Source: Diadema antillarum (lineage: Eukaryota). Taken from it: 64,000 nucleotides of DNA. The notes under the pieces were generated by a model. The model did not search any database. It was given only the letters and a program-made list of their open reading frames with translations, and was not told the DNA's origin. Positions 46,201-57,600 of the stretch are shown here, in pieces. The position numbers and the translations under genes were made by a program. The stretch covers positions 1 through 64,000 of the forward strand of contig NW_027272187.1 in the NCBI RefSeq assembly GCF_040938485.1. Reading direction: 5' to 3'. Positions within the stretch are counted from its first letter, which is position 1. Each line of letters begins with the position of its first letter.

Positions 46201-49200
46201 TCTTAACCCATTTTGGTGTGTTTATAAGTTTGTCAAGAAGAATGAAGGTTTGCTTTGGACCTTGCACACTGACACATTTTTTTTTCTTTTTATCGATTGC
46301 CATTTTGTGTAGAAATGAAGAGAATGGTGCATTGGAAGAGATGGCCGAGGAGCCAGGTGCTGAGATCTCAGGGCCAAAGAAGGTATGATCCACCAGTCTC
46401 ACATCCCATGTAGCGTAAAGGGAAACACAACTTTGAATAGAATAGTCTTTAAGAGAGTGGTACACAGTAGAAGTTTAAAGGGATTGTATAGTTTTGGTTG
46501 AGACCTAACTCACACTTTTGCGTGAGATAATAAGAAACCACTTACGAAATGTAAAAGAGCATGTAATTCCAATAGAAATTCAAAGTTAATTTGATAAAAA
46601 TTGGTTTTGAAATGGCAGTGATACCCAAAACAGAGAAAACCTAATAAAAGGTGGGACTAACGTACAATTGCTTTGTTTTACATGTACTTTGTTTTTGGAT
46701 GTCTCAGCCATTCCAAAACTGATTGTTATCAAATAACCTTTGAATTCCCCTTAGAATGGTATGCTCTGTAGTTTTTCATTAGAGGTTTCTAGGTGTCTCG
46801 CAAAAGGATTAAAAGCCCAATTCTCATCTCCGCCAATACTATATCATCCCTTTAATAAAAATCTACTTTGAGAACTGTTACACTCTTATATTGTGCTATT
46901 GCCCATGTACATTGTAATAACAATTTGATGCAGATGTTACCATTTATCCCCCCAAATTGTATTATACAGTAGATTGTAGGCGATCTTCAGATGAAATTTG
47001 TGTTGCAGGCAGTTGATAACCTACATACATGTACAACTGTACATTGTAGTGTACGTGTAAGTTGTGTAATGAAAGGCTAGAAAAACAATCACTTCCTGTC
47101 TGGAGAAAAAAAAAAGATCCAAATGATGAGTAAAAATCAGATTCAATGTTAATATGTTTTAAAGATAATAAAAAGTTTTGGTACCTCAAAAGTGTCCTTG
47201 AATTTCCTTGCCTTAGTTTGTGTTTCAGGTTAAAGTACCTTTCATATAACTAACACTGTGAGACTTACTCGCCCCAAAGTGCTCTCATGTCTTAGTAATC
47301 ATGCAATTAACTGCGACCAGCAGCCCCATACGCATAGCGACCAGCAGTCCCATACGCATAGCGTAATCGGGCTTCGCATTGTAGCATTCAGGATCATGAC
47401 AGATTTAGTATCGCAGGGTAAATGTCAACTTCAAATCCCATAAATTCTTCAATTTGAAGACTTACCAATTAAGTTGAAGTATTGAAAACAGGCTTCGGGC
47501 AACGTTTGGTTCTGCCTATAGTCCCTTTCTGTTCGAATTGATGACTGAATGTGACTCGGTCGACAGGACCTTAGGAGAGCTACGTACAGTACACTGAATA
47601 CTACAGCCAGTGCCTGCGAACACATCATATGCAGCCCGCACACAAATGTCAAATCCATGAACGGATAAGATGTTTGTGTGCGCATGCGCTGGCCATAGTA
47701 TCCAGTGTATGTAGCTCTCCCAAGGTCCTCTCGACCGAGTCACATTCAGTCATCAATTCGAACAGAAAGGGACTATTGGCAGAACCAAACGTTGTTCGAA
47801 GCCTGTTTTCAATACTTCAACTTAATTGGTAAGTCTTCAAATCGAAGAAATTTTTGGATTTTAAGTTGACATTTACCCGCGATACTAAATCTGTCATGAT
47901 CCTGAATGCTACAATGCGAAGCCCCATTACGCTCTGCGTATGGGGCTGCTGGTCGCAGTTAGCTATGCGTACAATGGGCTGCACGCTGCTGGTCGCAGTC
48001 AGTGGTTTCGTACAATATTTATCGACGCTGGTCAGCGTCGGCTCTGGTATGAAACCATTATTGCATGATTACTAAGACATGAGAGCACTTTGGGGCGAGT
48101 AATTCTCACAGACAACGTACTTTAACCCGAAACACAAACCAAGACAAGGAAATTCAGGGAAGCTTTTGAGGTACCAAAACTTTTTATTATCTTTAAAAAG
48201 TTGATGTTTTGTGAATCATTGCTCTGTTTTGCTTTTGAAATATAAAGTGAGCCATATGAATGTGTTCTCTATCACGGATGCTTCACTCTTGTGTCAAGAT
48301 GAACATTTATAAATGAAACCACTCTTCAGCAAATGGGGCATCCCCTCCTGTCCAGGGCAATGATCGGATCCACTGCGCCTGTAATGTGATTGATTCTTAG
48401 TCATCAGTGAGTGTGTGGCTGCAAAGTCACACCCAGTGAATTTTGCCTGCATTGACATCTCAAATTCTGTGTACTGTAAAGAATGTTATTGAATCATACT
48501 CTTTTGTTGTTGTTTGTTTTGCCTTTTCCAGGGTAAAGAAAAGGGCAAAGGCAGGAAAAACAAGCTGTAAGTGAACATTTCATGATTCCTTAAACTGTAT
48601 GCATGAAATGCAGATGCAGTGTAGCAATAATTTCTTGCACAGGACAGTGTACGTGTAGTTAACCCTGATGAGGAGTAGTTTTGGATGAAAACAGTGAACT
48701 GACACCAGTGCTTGAGGAAAACTACAGGTGAAAAAATTATGAGTGATTCAGCATTTTTGTGCAGAATTGAATTGTATGCAAGTGTGCAATCAGAGTACCT
48801 ACTGAACTGGCAGAAAGAAATGAAACTTCATTTTAATGTTTGTGTTGTAAAGCTGTCAGCAATCATTTTTATGGTGATAATTTAGTTTTCTGTTCAAAGA
48901 CTAAAGTTTACAATTTGAGCTGTTATTGAGTGTGCATTTTTGCATCTCATAGTGTAATAGTGTTTGAAAATACTTGTTTCAAAATTGCACACATAAGAAA
49001 AATAACTTTGAATGTACATGTAACAGAATAAGAACATATAAATGATTATTGAAGCTGTGTTGTTTTCATGTAGCCCCCTTCTCTTGTAGCTAACATTTCT
49101 ATGTGCAAGAGATATCCATGTATTTATAGCTGCATACATTCTCTCAATAAACCCATGTACCCATTTGTTCCATCCTCATCCATATTTTTATGCCTGCAGT

Positions 49201-51586
49201 CATTCTTGCATATCTCAAGCAGTTTCTGCTCGTATCTGTTTTGTTTTGTTTGTTTGTTTGTTTTGTGGTTAAAGATCATAAGCCCCTTTTCTGACATTTT
49301 ACAATTTTCTTTCCCAGGAATGAGGATGATCTGCTGGAGGATTTTGCTGCCCTTGAGCTGGAGTCTGCTGGAGGGCAGACTGCCCAGGAACCTCCTGCCC
49401 CAAGTGCAGAACCTGCTCAGCAGCCTGCTGGAAAGAAGAAGGTGGTAGAATCCTTACCAAGATAGAGACATGAATTGCTTTATTTGTAGTTATTATTGTC
49501 TAGTACTTTTCTCAGGATTCGCTCCGTCCCCAGCAATGCTGCTTTTTGGAGCGTNNNNNNNNNNNNNNNNNNNNNNNNNNNNNNNNNNNNNNNNNNNNNN
49601 NNNNNNNNNNNNNNNNNNNNNNNNNNNNNNNNNNNNNNNNNNNNNNNNNNNNNNNNNNNNNNNNNNNNNNNNNNNNNNNNNNNNNNNNNNNNNNNNNNNN
49701 NNNNNNNNNNNNNNNNNNNNNNNNNNNNNNNNNNNNNNNNNNNNNNNNNNNNNNNNNNNNNNNNNNNNNNNNNNNNNNNNNNNNNNNNNNNNNNNATTGT
49801 TATTAATTGATTAGGTCATTTATTTGTTGGTCATTTAAAACCTCCAACTTCAGCATATCTGCTCTATTTGAAGTTGTTGCAGAAAATTTCTAGCAAAGTC
49901 TCATCTCACCTTGCAAAGAATTTGTGCAAAAAAGGCAGTTTATTTGACTGAGAGCCATAGTGAAGAGCAGGATTGATATGATTCGGAAAAGGTCTGCAAC
50001 AAGGCAGACAAATGAATAAGGTGTGACTCTGAATTTTGGAGTATCATCATGTAGCAGAGTGTTCTGTGCAAAAATGCATGTCATACTCGATGATCGTACT
50101 TGTGATGCTTCTAGCTGAGCTCTCTGAATTGATTATGTTTGGAACACGAAAGGACCAACTTGTAGGATTTTTTTACCATCACATTGACATAATTACATCT
50201 GTATATCTAAGAGTATGTGCAGGAACATGACATCATTTATGGGTCATGAGCAGGATAACTGGGGATTGTTTTGTTGTTTACTGCTCTCTGTTGAAACCAC
50301 CTTTTTCTTTTCTTTTTTTTTTTACTTGGCCTTATGCATATATGAAAGTAACCATCTAAGACTTCCTGTATGCCACTTGCTGTCTCAGAGGAACAAAACA
50401 CTGTGTCCAAAAAATCTGTGATATGTTTATTGTTACCTTATTTATGATTTTCATCCCCTCACCTCTTTCCCTCCCCTTATACCCCCTTCTGTCCCCCTGT
50501 CTCTCCCTTTTCCTTCCCTCTTGTTGCTTGTCTTTACAGAAAGGTGGCAAGAAAGGAAGAAAAGACTTGTAAGTAAAGCAGCTTTCCGATTTTAAAGAAG
50601 ATAATTTGACTTAAACCAGTGATAAGTTTGATGCTTAGGCCCAGACAACTTAAAAGAGTTTCTGTAAAGAATATGGTCAATCATGCACTTCATCTGCAGA
50701 TTTGGCCCTCCAGTGGGAATGTTTGACTTTCATCTGTGCTCATGTGGAAAATGAACATATGTGTCATGTTTATCATCATTATCTTTTTGTACTGCCAAAA
50801 TGATGGGTCTGCCAACAGGGTGATATGAAGCAGTTCTGCTATTTGTTTACTACAGTGATCAATGTTGGTGATGTCCTCTTTATAAAACGTGCATATCCAA
50901 TATATAAAGGGAACTAATATCACCAACCATCCTTCAAAACTCATTAAGTGCTTTTATTCAAAGTTCACCAAATTTGTGTAATGCATAAAAGGCGCCTCCC
51001 CCTGTTCATGCACCCCAATGTTAGCCTACATTGTATCTTAGCATCTGTGTGAATAGGGCATTTTCATTACAATACCACATTTCATGTATTATGAACTAAA
51101 TCTACAAAAGTAGCCTCCTGCAATGACATGTAGTGCCATGAAGATGTAATTAACTATTGAAGTGTGTACCCTATGTTTGGTAGTTCACGGTTCAAACTCT
51201 GCTGAGGTGCATTTGTACTTGTGTTGTTGAATGAGACACCATATCAACAATGCGTCTCTCTAGGCAGGAATTTGTGTAAATGAGTAGCATGTTTTAAACA
51301 GGACTTTGCTGTCTAACTTGGATGCTGGATAGGGAATGGGGTGATCATGCCATTGGTGCAGGGTTGACTCCATGGTATTATGTTTAGTTGATAGAGAACT
51401 ATGATTCTTAGTGTTATTATTATATATGCTGTTGTGTATCTTATGATTATTATGGGAGTAGAAGTATAAGTAGTATCATCATCATCATTGTTATGATTGC
51501 TATTGTCATAGATAGTTGAGTAGTAGTAGTAGCAGTAGTAGTAGTAGTAGTAGTAGTAGTACACGTAGTAGTAGTAGTAGTACACA

Positions 51587-51650
<64 letters not shown>

Positions 51651-54600
51651 TTTAGCAGTAATAAGTGAAACAAGAGTAGTTGTATCATGATCATCATAAT
51701 CTTTATTAGAGTCTGGCCAACAAAACCAAGTGACAAGCAATTCCCCTATCCCAATTTTGTAACGTTCCTCCTTGTCTGTGCAGTGACGAAGATGAACTCC
51801 TGGCCGAGGTGGCTGCCATTGAGGCGGCTGGGAAAGACGGGGGCGGGGGCAAGGGCAAGAAGAAGGAGAAAGGCAACGAGGAGGGGGGCAAAGAGGCAGC
51901 CCCAGGGGAACCCCCCTCTGCCAAGGAGACGCCCAAGGCTGATCCAGAGCCAAAGCAGGACCAAACTGCCCAGAGTGATAAGAGCAAGAAGGTGGGATAC
52001 ATGTATGACCTGTTACCACAAAAAGCCTGATAGAGTTGCCGATCATTGATGCACTGCTTGCAGTGATTTCCTATTTCTGCAGATGCTCACTATAATACTG
52101 TATACGCCATATATTTAGCGAGTTTAAATTTTCGCGAATCGGGACTTCCCGACAATTTTGCGAGTGGTTGAATTTGTGATTGTGGAGTACTGAAGTGAAC
52201 GGAGAAATGTATATGTGTACGTCACATTCACATCGGGATCAGAATCAATATTTTCGCGTGTCTTTAATTTCGCGAATAGCACCTGACTTGCGAAATTTGC
52301 AAAAATAAAAACCGCGAAATATTCGGCGTATACAGTGTACATGATTTAACATGCTTTCTATGAAAAAAAAAACAACAACACATAATTGTTTAAGTCCTAC
52401 TGCAGACCCAGTAAGGTAAGAGTCAATAGACCAACACGATTTTGAGAAAAATTGGCTTTGAAGATTAAGTGTTGACAAGCATGCAGAAATACAGCATTTG
52501 TATGCAATAGTTTGATTTAGAATAAAAAAAGAAGTATCAACAGGAGTGTACAACTACCCCGTTCACTCAAACTGTTAAATGGCTCAATTATTTATTTTTT
52601 TTCATTCAAACTGCTTGAAATCATGAATAGTCCAATGGTAAAAGTAAACTTCAAAACAAATTCAGGACAAGGATGATATTGTTTGGCATCAGTATATGTC
52701 CTTTGGCATTTCTAGGGATACCAGATATGTGAGTTTTTGTTAAAAAAAGGAGGGGGAGGATGGCTAAAATTTTTCCTTATTTCCTCCTGTTTTCTGTATT
52801 CTGGAGCAACTGTTTCCCTTGTTGGAATTGCAGGATGCAGTAGATGATGAGGAGGCGGAGGATGCTGGGCCGACCATGAAGACGGCGGCACAGAAGAAGG
52901 CCGAGAAGAAGGAGCGAGAGCGGAAGAAGAAAGAAGCCCAGCGGGAGGAGGCGAAGAGGAAGAAGCAGAAGGAGCAGGCAAAGTCTGCCGAGAGCGGGGG
53001 AAAGGACCAGCAGGAGAAGGAGAAGGAAGAGAAGACAGAGAGTATGAAGGAGGATGTAACGGAGGCTGCAAAACCAGGTATGCTCAAATGAAGTGAGAAT
53101 TTGATGGGTGCTACAAGTGGTAGATGCTTAGCCGATTCCGTGACATTTTCTCACCTGCGACAATTGCTCCTAGGAAATATCTGCACGCTAAGCCAAACAT
53201 ACTTTTCTACCCACAAACATAGCCCTCAACCTAATCCTAATCCTCACATCAAACCAACGTAAAACCCTAGTACACAACCCTAAACCTAACCTATGTCCTT
53301 GGAGAAAAGACTCTGTGGTTGTCGTAGGAGCAAATGTCATGTCACCGCTGCCATTTTTATCGACTATGGCTCAATACTTAAATACATCTTCTTGTTTTAG
53401 TGTGTAAAATGCATCCCCAAATTTTCACATTTTCTCAAGTACTTGAGTTGAAAAAAAGAGTGTGCCATAAACACAAGAAAATGAGGTGGGAGATTTGATT
53501 GTGTTACCCCATTGATTAAGTCAAGAAAGCAAAAGATGAGATGATGGGGCTAGCAAGAAATTTGAAAGCAGCTAAAAAAAAAAAAAAAAAAATGTTAGAG
53601 ATCATCATATCTGGACTACCTCCAGTCTTGAATTTAAGTCAGTGACTGTTTTGAAATTCAACAGTTCTTTTGTTTCTCATTATGCATGGTACTCGGATGT
53701 TTAAATTGGTCTATTGTTTTGGAATATCTAATTCTTGCATGTGACACTGCATCTAAATTTCAAAGCCATTTTTTTCCTCTCTCTTTTCAAAACTGTGTTC
53801 ATATGATTAGTAGCTTTCTTACAATATATATTTCTTCTGGAGTGTTTTGAAATCTGTTTGGAGATATTCTATTATTTATATGCAATTAAGATAGAAGAAT
53901 GAGGATAACTGTTTGATTTTCAGACTTGTCAGTGCAGAAGGAATCATTTCCTCCTCCCTTTTCCCCCTGTAGAATGTGACAGTTGTCACAAATGTCTGCT
54001 TGGTGATTGTAACGGTCCAGGGCCGCGTTTTATCAAAAGATAAAATCAATTTTATATGGCCTTACTACACAGGCTGACATAGACTTACAGGTGAAATCAA
54101 CTATATAATCAATTTTAACTCTTCATAAAACAGGGCCCAGAATTATCTGTTGGTCTGCTGACGTTGTTGCATAAAGCTCTGACAAAGGTGATTGATATAC
54201 ATTCTGAGATGTACGCACACGACGAAATCTATTGTTTTAAGTTGTTACCTTGGTTACATGTTCTACTCTCTTCCAGGAGAAGGTGGAGCTGGTGAGGAAG
54301 GGGAAGCTGAGGAAGAGACCGGAAAGAAGAAAAAGAAAGGCAAGAAGGGAGCGAAAGGAGAGGATGATGAAAAGAAGCGGAAACCAAACAAAGGTAGGAA
54401 TGCGCCTCAAATGATCTTGTCGCTGGGATTCTGGGGAATTCTGAACCCTGTTGTCAATTTTTTACATCAGCATTCTGTAATCCATCTAAACATGACGTAG
54501 TTGTAAGTATTAACAAGCCCACTCAAGTGTAGCAATGTGCCTCAGTCCAACAGGAAGCCCATGGTGACACAATAGGTATTAAGGGGATAAAGTAATCCCT

Positions 54601-57600
54601 ATTCTTTGACAATTAGTTTCCATACACCTTTCCCAATCTGCAAATGAAGCCCAGTCAGGATTGCTCTGCCTCTTTGTGTCTTCTTTTGAATATCCCTGTG
54701 ATGCTCTTATGTTCAATCTGTTAACATGCTGTCAGAGTATTAACTATGATGTAAGTCCTTTTTGAAAGTTGACATGCTGATGTATTTCCTGTCATTTTTT
54801 TTCCCAGCTCTTCTTCATTTTCACATTTTATAAGCTCTTGAACAGTTATAAGTATCTGTATGGTTAATTGAGGCATAAAACGAAAAGTTTACCAGTGATA
54901 AACACCCTTAATAATCATAAAACTGATACATGGAATCAATGAAGTGAAATGTTGATATAATATGAATCAAGCTATCAGATTGCAGCACTCAAAGGGTATT
55001 GAAACATGCCCATGAAAGGATTATGCACCTGCCATAACCAAAGGAAGACATTAATAGCTGACTAGTACACTGTACAGTCAGTTGATCATCTAAACGAGAG
55101 ACACTTTGTGTCAGACATATCATCCAAGAATTTATATATGGGGTGTGATTTTCTCTCGAAATTTTCTGGTTTAGGAATCCAGTACCCTATATACACTACC
55201 ACAGTGCTTCCATGTTGAGGGCTTGCCAATCTCTTTTCTAAATTTACCAATGCACCGAGTGAAATATATGTAGAGCACTATTGACTCTAGTTTATTGCTA
55301 TGATACACAACTTGCTAGAGGTTACACAGCCTAGAAAGCTCAGGCGTCCACACCTTGTACCATATATGCAAAATGTGACCAAAGATATTTCTTTCACCTG
55401 CAAATATAGCCATTGTGGCAAAAACAAACAAACAAACAAATAAACAAACAAACAAACAAACAAACAAACAAACAGACAAACAAACAAACTTGACACAACT
55501 TCGTGCACGTAGATTTCACTTGCCTGACATTGGGTTTTAGTGTCCCTGGGCAAGCAGGCAAGTGGGTTTGTGGCACCCTGGGATGTGTACGTGCACATCA
55601 TGGGCATTTCATTAGGCATTTATCTGACAAATTGGTCAGACAAAGTTGGTCTCAGCCAATGAGATGCAAGGATATTGGTAGCTTATAACAGTTTGTCAGA
55701 AAAAACGTCCAACCAAAACGCTTCATGAAGTGCCCCCATGTTCTTTGTCTGGCTTGCTCCACCAGGCCAGCTGAAGGCTATGCAGGAGGCGCTGAAGAAG
55801 ATGAAGGAGGAAGAGGAGAGATTGAAGGCTGAGGAGGAGGCTAAGCAGAAAGCTGCTGAGAAGGCCGAGGAGGAAAGGCTGGAGAAGCTTCGGAAGGAGC
55901 AGGAGAGGAAAGCCCAGGCTAAACTCAAGAAAAAGGTTTGTTTGCAAAATGGTGACCTCCCTCTTCTATGCAGTGGTCACTGCAGGCATCTCCCTTTCAA
56001 GAACCTCACTTCAGAATTATAACTTTTATCAGGCTTCAGAATCAAACCTATCATTTATTGAAACTAATCCTTGGCAAAAATGCCTTGCACAAAAAAGCCT
56101 TTGATTAACCTGGTTCACTGCAGTATTCCAAACTGGTGACACTGAGGTGAATTGATCAAGCAAGAAATGGTCGGTGGTTTTTGAAAGGTGACAGTGAAGT
56201 AAGCAACCAACTCCTTCAACTGCCCAGCTCTTGTTTAGCTCATTTGAGTCAAAGGTCACAAAATGTCCTTGTTTGATCCATCAGATGCCTTTTTTCTCTT
56301 GTTTCCCCTCTTTTTTCTGGGGGGGGGGGGGGGGGAGGGAGGATCAGTGACGAAATCATGTTTATTTTCACAATTCTACTAAGTCTAGATCGAGAGGTTA
56401 TAAAGCCATTCTCATTTTGTAAGTCATTACCGTCAAGAGTTCATGAATAAAAGAGGGTAATCCCAGGGGGCCACATTTGTCATTAGCGAACATGTGCATG
56501 ACAAAACAGCAAACCTTTGCAGTAAGTCGTTCCCCTGTTGCCCAATCTCTGCACACAGGAAAGAGTTGAGAGGATGAAGCAGGAAGGCACGTACCTGACC
56601 AAAGCCCAGAAAGAAGCCAAGGCACGGAAAGAGGCCATGCTGAACGCTCTGCGGGAACAGGGTGTGGAGGTCCCCATGAAGGAAGCGACCAGCGAAGAGA
56701 GCAAACCAAAGAGGGTCGTGTACGGGAAGAGGGAAAGGAAAAACAAGAACAGGACCCAGTCAGTCGGTAAGACATATTTAAAGACCCCATAGTTAAAGAA
56801 ATTGTTCATTGGTGATAAATTGATACCTGTTGGCTAAATTTCAATATCTTTTACAAAACACCGTCAACTACCTATGTTATAAAACTGAGGTATGAGTCAG
56901 CAAAAAGAGACCTAAAGTGTACACTTCATTTGGAGTGGATTCACAATCATATTGACGATATTCAATCTTGCGAATCATGCAGTGCATGCAAGACGAAAGT
57001 GTGACCGGTTTCTGATGACTTAGGAAAGTTTCTGAATTTTACAGTTTGGATACCCGTGCATCATGCTACTATGTCTTTAGCATATCCCATAGAAGAATTG
57101 GCAGAGGATTTAGAAAGGGAAAAAATGACATAGCATCATTAACTTGAAAAGTTCTTCATTTTTTCTTCATTTCATTACACCACAGATTTTTTTGTGCTGT
57201 TGTTGCATATCATTCTGTACATGAGGAGAAATTATCAAATTTTAACCTATGATGGCATACAATTGCTTGCATTGCGTGCTATTTACCTTAGTGGCTCAGT
57301 GTTTATCATTGTTGAACCCAGCTGACTGAACTGACTAATGATGATTACATTGATAGAGAAACACTCCCCCAAATGTGGCCTTGGTATTATAAGATGTCCA
57401 AAATGATTTTTTTCTAACATTGCAAAATAAAGTCACCATGGCATGTCAAAGGAAAGGCGACTGCATTTATTATAATGCTTGTGCTGACTTTGTCTTTTCA
57501 CTCTCCTGAACATTTGACATTTTTAAGATACGAGGTTTTGTCGCTGCATTAGCGATATATCCTGGAGACTGCTTACGTGCAGGACCATGGAGCTTAGATT

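Noticed and set aside
48665-48690. Hammerhead ribozyme core (CTGATGA...GAAA)
   Set aside because: Stem II cannot pair (GAGT versus GGAT) and no stems I or III were found.
37317-51736. ORFs rich in Y/T/L or YLSI repeats, and ORFs spanning N-runs
   Set aside because: Artifacts of (CTA)n, (GATA)n and (TAG)n microsatellites and of assembly gaps.
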